IMG/VR virus record: IMGVR_UViG_3300016644_000071
Location: 1-40,026 of that record
Origin: a virus
DNA: 40,026 nucleotides
Direction: 5' to 3' (one strand)
Under the pieces are notes generated by a model. It was not told the origin of the DNA, searched no databases, and was given only the letters and a program-made list of their open reading frames with translations. This document shows positions 19,237-27,538 of the stretch, piece by piece. The position numbers were made by a program, and so were the translations under genes. Each line of letters opens with the position of its first letter. Position 1 is the stretch's first letter.

Positions 19237-19446
19237 TTTTAATTACCTTTCTTTTTTTGAATATTAAAAAATATTAATTTTAAGCAAAAACTTAAAATTT
19301 TATTAATTAAATTCCAAGAACGGGAGAAATCTTTTGAAAGTAAGACGTGAGGGAAAAATCATCTTATAACGTGAGAGGTAAGGACTAACCGCCTCTATTG
19401 TTAACGATAAAATGCCTCTCTTCCTTTTGAAGAAATGCCATTGTTT

Positions 19447-20346
19447 CTAATTTTGCCAAATATCAGCAAAGTTTTTAGCTTGTTTTGTATTTGCAAGGTT
19501 CGAAACTTTAGAATTTATTGATCTATTATGCACTACTCCCTCTGTAGTGTCAACCTCGCTTTCAAGCTCTTTATTACGTTTTTCTAATTTTTCTATTTTA
19601 GCATGTAAGGATTTTATAAATGGAACTAAACCACCGCTTTTAACTGCTCCTTTAAAAACTGTTTCATAAATATCAGAACCAGTAGTAATTATATGATCAA
19701 TTACTATTTCTGGAGTTTCTGCTTGTATATAATTTATTATTTTTTCCTGTTCATCAGCAGGTAATAAAGGGAAAAATCCAAAAAAAGCTTGATATTTTTC
19801 ATCTAATTCCGAATCTTTATTATATTTTTTAAATATATGAAATTCCTTATCAAGGTTAGCTTTAAGGTCTGCGTACGAATTACCTTTACTACCCTCTTCC
19901 TTTAATTCTTCCTCGCTTATTGCTGTATCATCAAAAGCTTTAATGGCAATACTTGCTTCATCTTCATTTATAAGGGAATCTTCTTGTAATTTAGATAGGA
20001 ATTCCGTTACTTTCTTCTTGGCATTAATGAAAGCTGCATTTTTCTTATGCCCCCAAGATTTGGCATCACTTAGCTGTTTCTTTAATGATTCATATTCAAC
20101 TTTTAAATCGGCTTTTAGCAATCCTTTTTGTTGATCTTCTTCTTGCTCTTGCTTTTCTGGGATTGTTTCTCGTTCTTCTCGTGTTTCTCTCTTTTGTTCA
20201 TTCTCATTTTCTACCTTTTCTTTTATTGGTTGTTTAATATTATCATCCTGTAATTTAAATTGTTGTTTATCTTCGCTTGTCGTTTCTCCTAAAAAGATTT
20301 TTGCAAAAGCATCGTCTATAGTGGTTTTATTTAAATTTTCAGTCAT
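19447..20346 (-). CDS. scaffolding protein
   Basis: 299 aa, extremely E/K-rich and helical (EKVENENEQKRETREERETIPEKQEQEEDQQK). Sits between the portal and capsid genes. Confidence 0.6.
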   Translation of the reverse strand: MTENLNKTTIDDAFAKIFLGETTSEDKQQFKLQDDNIKQPIKEKVENENEQKRETREERETIPEKQEQEEDQQKGLLKADLKVEYESLKKQLSDAKSWGHKKNAAFINAKKKVTEFLSKLQEDSLINEDEASIAIKAFDDTAISEEELKEEGSKGNSYADLKANLDKEFHIFKKYNKDSELDEKYQAFFGFFPLLPADEQEKIINYIQAETPEIVIDHIITTGSDIYETVFKGAVKSGGLVPFIKSLHAKIEKLEKRNKELESEVDTTEGVVHNRSINSKVSNLANTKQAKNFADIWQN

Positions 20347-20350
20347 TATA

Positions 20351-22162
20351 TTATTCTTTTTGATTATTTTGTGGCTTTTCTATTTTTTGTTCTCTTCCTT
20401 GCCCCTGCATCATTTGTATAAACGCCTTGTTTAAAGCATAACTATCAGATTCAGTGAAACCTAATTTTTTTAAGAATAGCGGCTCTGATAAAATAAAAGC
20501 AGGATTAGGACTATTAAGCAATGCTTCAAATTTGGCAGCTTCTTCTTCATGGGAAGTAGCGAAATTTGGAGCGAAATCAGCAAAGATTTCAAAATTAATA
20601 GTTGATATTTCATCGCTTAAATATCCAGTATTAAATTTATTATCCTTATAGTAATTAAAAGCATATTGTAAGTTCTTAATACCTCTGATTGTATCAAGAA
20701 TTAGTTGCCCCTCGGAAAACAACATATGTTCATAAGTTGCATGTAAAGGATTTTGAGTTCTAGCAGCATTGACGGCTCTTGCCTGAATAGCAACGCCGCT
20801 TACCGCGTTAGTCTGTTCTCCTTTTAGTTCATCAAACAACTGTGTTCTTTGTTCGAACTCCAGATCAATTCTAGTTAGTGTTCTTTCTAAAAACGGCAAT
20901 AATGTTTCAGAATTAATTAATTGTACTTGATGAGGGTTTTTAGTAAAAATCATTCCATCACGTCTATTAAGTTCTCCTCGGAGTATTGGTCGCATTTTTT
21001 CTAGGTTTACGTTATCCTCATCTATAATCAGGTATTTTGAATTAAGACCATGAATAGTTTTAGTCCATACATAATTTAGACATGTAGAAAGAGGAATAAG
21101 TCCATCAACTACGCCATAAGGAATACTTAAATAATTTCTCTTCAGACATAAAGGTATTAGTGGAAAATGTTTTTGGTTAGGTATCTGTCCGTCAATAGGT
21201 CCATGTTCTAAAAGCACATCAGAGCAAAATACACCTTTCCAAATTTGTGTACCCTCTAATTCTTTCAAACTCGAGCCATCTACTTTTCTACTTTCTGCTA
21301 CTTCTTTATCAAAAGTGGAAAAGTATTGCTCAGTAACAACACCATCAGGGGTTTCAGGAGGGAAAGCAACTATTGCCTCATAGTATTTAACGTTCTTTTT
21401 ATAATATACTTCAACAATCCTTGCTGACCTACCAAGTACCCATAATTCTTCTAATCCGTCCCCATGATTTAGATCAGAATAAGGAATATAATCATCTCTT
21501 ATTGCTCCTGTTCCACCGCTTACAAACTCTCTTGTGGAATTAGTACCAGTAGGCTTACCAATTAAATTATCAAAATATTCTGCATATTTAGGATAGCGTT
21601 TTTTTAGTTTTGTTCCATTAATAAAATAACTACGACAAACAAACTGTGAGTCTTCCATACGAGCGGATTGGTCATCTGGATCAAAATACACTTCTCTTGG
21701 GTCTACATAATCATAGAAAAAAGTGCATGTGTTATCTGGTTCATAGCCAAAATGAGACCAGCCAAGTCCTCCTATTAAAGCATCAGTATATTTTTGAGTG
21801 GATTTATTTTGAAAATCATTTTGCGCCTGAATAACATATAGCATGTTATTTAAGTATTCAGCTATCAAATCATGTTTTGATAAAGATGTAGTAGCTTTAT
21901 AAGCTATCCTTTTTCTTGCTGCTATCTGCAAAGAAACATAAGTAGTAACTATTGGCTCTACCCTATTAACAACAAAAGGCATAGCACCAACATCAGCAAA
22001 CTCTTTTTTTAATTCCTCATTCCATTGATCACCATAATAAAACTTAAGGTTTTCATCATATTTCAACCGCCATTGTTTACGTATTTCTGAATTGGCCGAA
22101 TAATAGAAATAGTCTTTTAATTCCTGTAATACTTTTGCCTTAGCTGGGGTTAAATTTATCAT
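20351..22162 (-). CDS. portal protein
   Basis: 603 aa. N-terminal FYYGDQWNEE...PFVVNRVEPIV pattern is typical of podovirus portals. Lies upstream of the scaffold and capsid genes. Confidence 0.75.
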   Translation of the reverse strand: MINLTPAKAKVLQELKDYFYYSANSEIRKQWRLKYDENLKFYYGDQWNEELKKEFADVGAMPFVVNRVEPIVTTYVSLQIAARKRIAYKATTSLSKHDLIAEYLNNMLYVIQAQNDFQNKSTQKYTDALIGGLGWSHFGYEPDNTCTFFYDYVDPREVYFDPDDQSARMEDSQFVCRSYFINGTKLKKRYPKYAEYFDNLIGKPTGTNSTREFVSGGTGAIRDDYIPYSDLNHGDGLEELWVLGRSARIVEVYYKKNVKYYEAIVAFPPETPDGVVTEQYFSTFDKEVAESRKVDGSSLKELEGTQIWKGVFCSDVLLEHGPIDGQIPNQKHFPLIPLCLKRNYLSIPYGVVDGLIPLSTCLNYVWTKTIHGLNSKYLIIDEDNVNLEKMRPILRGELNRRDGMIFTKNPHQVQLINSETLLPFLERTLTRIDLEFEQRTQLFDELKGEQTNAVSGVAIQARAVNAARTQNPLHATYEHMLFSEGQLILDTIRGIKNLQYAFNYYKDNKFNTGYLSDEISTINFEIFADFAPNFATSHEEEAAKFEALLNSPNPAFILSEPLFLKKLGFTESDSYALNKAFIQMMQGQGREQKIEKPQNNQKE

Positions 22163-22197
22163 TTGTGCAAGATTCTTATTTTAGTTTTAAACTAGTT

Positions 22198-22569
22198 TCA
22201 CACTATAGATTCCACTTCTTCATATCCAGTAATAATACAATCAAATTTATCATCATATCCATCTGAATAACAAATCAAACTATCGCCATCAAAAAGCCTG
22301 TGTTCTACAACTTCAGAAGCATTACCATAAATAATAGCAAGTAAATCAGTTGTTTGATTAGGAAGTATTAAAAGTTTTTCCTGTATAAAAGCCTCTTGTA
22401 CGGGATTTTCCAAAAGAGCTATTACCTGTAAATTAAGTCTTATATTTCTACCAGATTTATTACAGCATCTAATTGACTTGATAACAACGTTACCCTCGGA
22501 GCTAAAAAGAGCAGTTTTAGAATCACTTAAATTATTAAATAGTAGTCTGATAGGTTTTACAAAATTCAT
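22198..22569 (-). CDS. hypothetical protein (123 aa)
   Basis: ORF in the late operon, overlapping its upstream neighbour by 4 nt. Confidence 0.55.
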   Translation of the reverse strand: MNFVKPIRLLFNNLSDSKTALFSSEGNVVIKSIRCCNKSGRNIRLNLQVIALLENPVQEAFIQEKLLILPNQTTDLLAIIYGNASEVVEHRLFDGDSLICYSDGYDDKFDCIITGYEEVESIV

Positions 22570-22775
22570 ATTATTTCTTTTAGGAAATCCTGTAATCTAT
22601 CGTATTTTTGTTCCAAGATTTCTTTTTCTTCTAGTGGCATTTCCGCTCCAGTGCTTTTATAAGAGTAGTAATCCATTACACCCTTTTTTAAAAAATCTGC
22701 TAAAATACCAAAACTGGCAACTTTTTCAGAACATTCGCACATTAAAGCGAAGTCCTTTAAACTTTTATTTTCCAT
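22566..22775 (-). CDS. hypothetical protein (69 aa)
   Basis: ORF in the late operon with 4-nt overlap coupling. Confidence 0.5.
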   Translation of the reverse strand: MENKSLKDFALMCECSEKVASFGILADFLKKGVMDYYSYKSTGAEMPLEEKEILEQKYDRLQDFLKEII

Positions 22776-22781
22776 AATAAA

Positions 22782-22997
22782 TTAAACTAATTGTTTATTA
22801 AGAATCTCAAGATTATCTGTAATCAATTTTATATCAGCAATTACCATAGCTTTTCTTTCTGGAATGGCTAAAGCTGGATCATCAGACCAATATAAAGAAC
22901 CATCGCTATATAAAGCGTTAGTGTATTTAACAATTAATTGTAATATCTGTATATTATTATTCATAGGTGATACTCGCAAATAGTTACTTTGATGCAA
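22782..22997 (-). CDS. hypothetical protein (71 aa)
   Basis: ORF in the late operon, downstream of the giant fibre gene. Confidence 0.5.
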   Translation of the reverse strand: MHQSNYLRVSPMNNNIQILQLIVKYTNALYSDGSLYWSDDPALAIPERKAMVIADIKLITDNLEILNKQLV

Positions 22998-23050
22998 TTA
23001 TAAATTATTTAATGGCAAAATACAAAATAATATTTACTAATTTTTAATTT

Positions 23051-23614
23051 TTAAATGCGAGTTTTTAAATCTTGAACAATTTTAAATAATTCTTGAGTTG
23101 CTGCTATATTTAAAGCATACATACTATGATAATCTAATTTATGGAAATCGTTAACTTTTTTGCCATATATTAAAAATGATTCTTCTTTAATATCTAATTC
23201 ATCGCTAATTTCAAATGTATAATCATCTATAATACTTTTGACTTTAACATATCTGCGCTTATACCTATTTTCAAATGGTCCATCATTACCATCTATTATA
23301 TACTCTTTATTTTCACCATCATTACTAAAAACTAATTTGATTTCATCATCAATGTTAATATTATTAATTGTTTTGTCACTTATAATTAATTGGTTATTAT
23401 ATGTCCCCTTGGCAAAAATATTTGCTACATATTCTTCTTCATTATTGACAACAAATTCGTTTAAATCCGTTTCGTAAATATCTTGCGCTATTAAGCCAAA
23501 TTTTTTATTATAATCCTTATCTTGACATAATTTATATTCTTTAGGCTTTAATAACATTAATTTATCCAAAGGATTATCAATCTCTTTTATTTCTTTTTTT
23601 ACACGATTATCAGA
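23051..23614 (-). other. peptidase S74 / intramolecular chaperone auto-processing domain of the fibre (last 187 aa)
   Basis: The SDNRVKK motif begins at codon position 23614-23612. Followed by a LKPKEYKL....KFGLIAQDIYE pattern. Confidence 0.7.
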
Positions 23615-26600
23615 TATTTCTGATTGTGTATTTGTTTGTGTCCCATTAAACCACCAATTACTATTAATTGAAGACCCAGGATTATAATGATTAAAAGTAA
23701 AATTGCTGTTAGAGGAGTTAATATACATTTGCCAGTAATTTGTTACAGCTCTGTTATTAGTCATATATATTGTTCCTTGTAATGAAATATTACCATCGTT
23801 ATATAAATATCCTGTTACTTTTGTATCCCCGTTAACATCTAATTTATAAGATGGTGATTTTCCAATACCAACATTACCCGCAGTATCTATTCGCATTCTT
23901 TCTGAGTTATTTAGATTAAATAACATATTTCCAAGATTTGTTGTAAATCCCATGTTATTATTTCCAGTTGTATAAATTGTGTTTCCTGTATCAGCTCCAT
24001 TTATTCTAATTCCTCCAAAATCAGAATATCCAACAACTTGAAGTGCATAATTACCATCCCAACCTGCATTTTGTTGTATTCTAACTAATGGTTGAGAATA
24101 TCCAAAGGAAGAACCTTGAATAAATAATTTTGTATTTGTTGAATAATCGGATGTTGTATTAATTAATACATTACCCCCACATGATAAATTTCCATTAATT
24201 GATTTATTTCCTGAGGTTAAGTTATCAGCATACGAAGCTGTTATTCCAGTCCAAGCAGTCCATGAGTTATTTTCTTTATATCTCACGGACAAAGGAGGGT
24301 TAGTTGTATTTCTAGGCAAAGCAAATTGACAAGAATAAGAACCTGTACCTGAAACTGGATAATTAATACCTAGCCCAATTAACCAACTATAATATTGTGA
24401 ATACGCTGTACTAGGTGAATTTACATTACCCACAATAAATTTATATCCAGCTGTCGTGATAGCGTTAAAATCGTTGTTATCTCCATGATTTGCTCCCGTA
24501 TTATTAAATAAATAATTATTTATAGTATTACTTGTTGATACTCCAGTTCCTCCGTAGGTAGTTGATAGCGTGCCAGAGGTTATGTTAGTCGCGTTTAATG
24601 CTGTTAGTCCTGTCCCGCTTCCAGATATATTAGTAGCCGATAAGGTATTAGTAGTATTATTCCAAGCTAGGTTAGCGCTCTGTAGAACAGCAGTAGTTCC
24701 ATTTCCTATTAGGAGCTGTCCACTAGTTAAGGTAGTAGCACCAGTTCCTCCTTTGTCAACAGTAACCGCACTCGATAAGTTAGCTGGGTTTAATACTGTT
24801 AATCCAGTCGTTACCCCAGTCCCTCCGTAAGTAGTTGATAGTGTGCCAGAGGTTATATTAGTCGCATTTAGTGCCGTTATGGAAGTGCCTATACCTAATA
24901 AATTAGTAGCCGCTGTTAATGTATTTTGTTTAGCACTTAAATCAATACTAACTGCATTACTAGCATTAATACTTAAAGGACTAGTGAAAGTTAATTTATT
25001 ACTTAAGTTATTATAATCAATACCAGTTAAAGAAGCTCCAGTTATACCAGTTATACCAGAACCATTACCAACTATATTAGTAGCCGATAAGGTATTGGTC
25101 GTATTATTCCAAGCTAGGTTAGCGCTCTGTAGAACAGCAGTAGTTCCATTTCCTATTAGGAGCTGTCCGCTAGTTAAGGTAGTAGCACCAGTTCCTCCTT
25201 TGGCAACAGTAACCGCACTCGATAAATTAGCAGGGTTTAATACTGTTAATCCAGTCGTTACTCCAGTCCCTCCGTAGGTAGTTGATAGTGTACCAGAGGT
25301 TATATTCGTTGCGTTTAATGCTGTTAGTCCTGTCCCGCTTCCAGATATATTAGTAGCCGATAAAGTATTGGTCGTATTATTCCAAGCTAGGTTAGCGCTC
25401 TGTAGAACAGCAGTAGTTCCATTTCCTATTAGGAGCTGTCCGCTAGTTAAGGTAGTAGCACCAGTTCCTCCTTTGGCAACAGTAACCGCACTCGATAAAT
25501 TAGCAGGGTTTAATACTGTTAACCCAGTCGTTACCCCAGTCCCTCCGTAGGTAGTTGATAGTGTACCAGAGGTTATATTCGTTGCGTTTAATGCTGTTAG
25601 TCCTGTCCCGCTTCCAGATATATTAGTAGCCGATAAAGTATTGGTCGTATTATTCCAAGCTAGGTTAGCGCTCTGTAGAACAGCAGTAGTTCCATTTCCT
25701 ATTAGGAGCTGTCCACTAGTTAAGGTAGTAGCACCAGTTCCTCCTTTGTCAACAGTAACCGCACTCGATAAGTTAGCTGGGTTTAATACTGTTAATCCAG
25801 TCGTTACCCCAGTCCCTCCATATGTAGTTGATAATGTACCAGAGGTTATGTTAGTAGCGTTTAATGCTGTTATGGATGTTCCTACTCCTAATAAATTTGT
25901 TGCCGCTGTTAAATTTAGTTTTAAATTTCCAGAAACATCTAATCCAAGTGAACTGTCATATTTAAGTGTTAAGTTATTTTGAGCATCTAAATTCAGAGGT
26001 CCTTGCACTGTATAAGTTCCAGCTGGACCAACTGGTCCTTGTGGTCCTGTATCTCCTTTATCTCCTTTAGGCCCAGGTATAAAAGCGGCAGCTGCTGCTA
26101 TCGCCGCTGCTGCACTAGCACCTGCCGCTGCCGCACTACCACCTGCCGCTGTTGCACTAGCACCTGCCGCTGCCGCACTACCACCTGCCGCTGTTGCACT
26201 AGCACCTGCCGCTGCCGCACTACCACCTGCCGCTGTTGCACTAGCTTCTGCTGCCGCTGCACTAGCACCTGCCGCTGCTGCGCTATTTGCTGCTGTTGTT
26301 GCTGATGCCGTAACTGATGTTTGAGCCGAACTAATCGCTGCATCTTGAGCAGTAGTTTTTGCAATAATTTCACTTATAGTTACGTCTTGAGCGGCATCTT
26401 TTGCAGTTTTTTGAGCTAAACTTGCATCTTGAGCAGCATCTTTTGCAATAGTTGTCGCCGAAAAAGAATCATAAGCAAGTTGCAGTGTGCTTAATAATCC
26501 CGCTATTGTTGTAATAGTTTGTATAACTTCATTTAATCTGGCAGGAGTAATATAGTCAACGTTTTGTACAGCTTGTATTAATTCTCCATTTATATTTGAT

Positions 26601-27538
26601 TTGATTAAATCATTTGTAGAAAGACTTGTAACACCAAATTTTGTAAATTTAGCAGCGAATCCACTTAATATTTTTATTGTTTCAGCTATTGTATAACCAA
26701 ATTCATTGGCATAATTTCCTCTTATTGAAAAATCTGTTGGAGATATTAGTTTATGACCAATCGTAGGATACAGGGGATCTAATATGACTAACGAACCAAA
26801 AGGAATATTATTAGTATTTACATAATCCTCTCCACTAATTGCTTTAGATAACGTACCAGTTCCATTGCTTACTGTATTTTTTAAAAGTCCTGTTTCTAAA
26901 TTTCCAAGTGATTGAGCCTGAGTAAAAGTATATGTCGTTCCAAGTCCGTATAAATCTTTTAAGGCTGGAGGGATAAGAGCCATTTTAGGATTTTCCCATG
27001 TAAAGTTTACTGTGGAATTTCCCACAATAAAGTTAGCATTATCAAAACGCTTCATTATTTGAGCCGCTCTGACCTGTGTCATAGCCAATGATGAAGATAT
27101 ATCAGTTCCAATTGGATTGCCTAATGTGTCATATTTAGTTGCATAAATTTGAGGTAAGAACGGACCAGACATTACCCAGTCAAAGGCGGATAAATAATTA
27201 AAAGTAGGGTTAGGAATCCTGAAGTCACCTGTAATTGAGCTTGCAGGGTTAGGAAATACCGCCTCAGCTAAAGGTGGCAAATTTATAGTACCAATATGTA
27301 ATTCTTCTACTGGTTCATTATCATAATCACCTATCCATATCCGATTATGATCCAGTTTTTTTAATTCTTCAAAATTTCCTATTTTCCTTTTTAAATCAAT
27401 TATGTCTTGGCGGACGTCAATTAGAACTGGTGATACAAAAGACTTTCCATCTTTATCACCAAGTAATGTATATCCTTTATTTATTGGTAATTTACCAGTA
27501 ACAGGAGATATGAAATTATATAAACGATCGTACTTCAT
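23051..27538 (-). CDS. giant mosaic tail fibre (1495 aa) with a C-terminal peptidase-S74 intramolecular chaperone domain
   Basis: Contains AKDAAQD repeats, three perfect 14-aa Ala/Gly/Ser repeats, and a collagen-like run GPKGDKGDTGPQGPVGPAG (DNA 26018-26074). Also has five ~91-aa repeats (one partial), an N/G/T-rich region, and EI|SDNRVKKEIKEID...FGLIAQDI (S74 signature). Confidence 0.85.
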   Translation of the reverse strand: MKYDRLYNFISPVTGKLPINKGYTLLGDKDGKSFVSPVLIDVRQDIIDLKRKIGNFEELKKLDHNRIWIGDYDNEPVEELHIGTINLPPLAEAVFPNPASSITGDFRIPNPTFNYLSAFDWVMSGPFLPQIYATKYDTLGNPIGTDISSSLAMTQVRAAQIMKRFDNANFIVGNSTVNFTWENPKMALIPPALKDLYGLGTTYTFTQAQSLGNLETGLLKNTVSNGTGTLSKAISGEDYVNTNNIPFGSLVILDPLYPTIGHKLISPTDFSIRGNYANEFGYTIAETIKILSGFAAKFTKFGVTSLSTNDLIKSNINGELIQAVQNVDYITPARLNEVIQTITTIAGLLSTLQLAYDSFSATTIAKDAAQDASLAQKTAKDAAQDVTISEIIAKTTAQDAAISSAQTSVTASATTAANSAAAAGASAAAAEASATAAGGSAAAAGASATAAGGSAAAAGASATAAGGSAAAAGASAAAAIAAAAAFIPGPKGDKGDTGPQGPVGPAGTYTVQGPLNLDAQNNLTLKYDSSLGLDVSGNLKLNLTAATNLLGVGTSITALNATNITSGTLSTTYGGTGVTTGLTVLNPANLSSAVTVDKGGTGATTLTSGQLLIGNGTTAVLQSANLAWNNTTNTLSATNISGSGTGLTALNATNITSGTLSTTYGGTGVTTGLTVLNPANLSSAVTVAKGGTGATTLTSGQLLIGNGTTAVLQSANLAWNNTTNTLSATNISGSGTGLTALNATNITSGTLSTTYGGTGVTTGLTVLNPANLSSAVTVAKGGTGATTLTSGQLLIGNGTTAVLQSANLAWNNTTNTLSATNIVGNGSGITGITGASLTGIDYNNLSNKLTFTSPLSINASNAVSIDLSAKQNTLTAATNLLGIGTSITALNATNITSGTLSTTYGGTGVTTGLTVLNPANLSSAVTVDKGGTGATTLTSGQLLIGNGTTAVLQSANLAWNNTTNTLSATNISGSGTGLTALNATNITSGTLSTTYGGTGVSTSNTINNYLFNNTGANHGDNNDFNAITTAGYKFIVGNVNSPSTAYSQYYSWLIGLGINYPVSGTGSYSCQFALPRNTTNPPLSVRYKENNSWTAWTGITASYADNLTSGNKSINGNLSCGGNVLINTTSDYSTNTKLFIQGSSFGYSQPLVRIQQNAGWDGNYALQVVGYSDFGGIRINGADTGNTIYTTGNNNMGFTTNLGNMLFNLNNSERMRIDTAGNVGIGKSPSYKLDVNGDTKVTGYLYNDGNISLQGTIYMTNNRAVTNYWQMYINSSNSNFTFNHYNPGSSINSNWWFNGTQTNTQSEISDNRVKKEIKEIDNPLDKLMLLKPKEYKLCQDKDYNKKFGLIAQDIYETDLNEFVVNNEEEYVANIFAKGTYNNQLIISDKTINNINIDDEIKLVFSNDGENKEYIIDGNDGPFENRYKRRYVKVKSIIDDYTFEISDELDIKEESFLIYGKKVNDFHKLDYHSMYALNIAATQELFKIVQDLKTRI
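24545..25900. repeat. 273-bp (91-aa) near-identical in-frame repeats: three tandem copies (about 25075-25895) plus about 1.3 copies (about 24545-24900), separated by about 174 bp of unique sequence
   Basis: The landmark CCGTA(G/A)GTAGTTGATA recurs at about 24551, 24824, 25271, 25544 and 25817, at spacings of 273, 447, 273 and 273. Identical antisense shadow ORFs at 25095 and 25368 show the DNA identity. Confidence 0.9.
26112..26237. repeat. three perfect tandem copies of a 42-bp GC-rich unit (GCACTAGCACCTGCCGCTGCCGCACTACCACCTGCCGCTGTT), encoding (ATAAGGSAAAAGAS)x3 on the coding strand
   Basis: Units at 26112-26153, 26154-26195 and 26196-26237 read as identical. Degenerate copies flank them (about 26098-26290). 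Confidence 0.9.

Noticed and set aside
19237-19446. Possible tRNA or other small RNA gene in the scaffold-capsid gap (also checked 38056-38775)
   Set aside because: I could not fold a cloverleaf with a T-loop (GTTCRANYC-like) or a D-arm on either strand. This needs tRNAscan-SE or ARAGORN to be definitive.
6948-22777. Plus-strand ORFs inside the leftward virion operon (6948-7151, 8797-9009, 9367-9552, 10984-11211, 11284-11571, 13016-13399, 13692-13913, 15395-15676, 18917-19105, 19943-20134, 20454-20651, 21646-21834, 22478-22777) and the same-strand alternate-frame ORF 14934-15182
   Set aside because: All are fully nested in, or antisense to, longer ORFs with recognisable virion-protein features. 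Their translations are Cys/Leu/Phe/Ser-rich, typical of antisense frames. No start signals are evident.
24545-25900. Regularly spaced repeats considered as a CRISPR array
   Set aside because: The period is 273 bp with no short repeat/spacer alternation. The copies are contiguous and in frame within a 1495-aa ORF that encodes a sensible repeat protein.
26098-26290. GC-rich island as horizontally acquired foreign DNA
   Set aside because: The GC excess is fully explained by tandem Ala/Gly codons (GCN/GGN) in a low-complexity linker within a continuous ORF.
23238-26373. ORFs inside the giant fibre gene, including three repeated 60-113-aa plus-strand ORFs (25095, 25368, 25641), 24570-24830, 26003-26305, and the minus-strand alternate-frame ORF 26098-26373
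   Set aside because: They are frame shadows of the 273-bp and 42-bp coding repeats. The repeats simply lack stop codons in other frames (Cys/Arg/Thr or Gln/Arg/Val low-complexity products).
11545-27538. Diversity-generating retroelement acting on the fibre genes
   Set aside because: I found no reverse-transcriptase ORF anywhere in the genome. I also found no template/variable repeat pair differing at adenines. The fibre paralogues differ throughout, not in an A-specific pattern.
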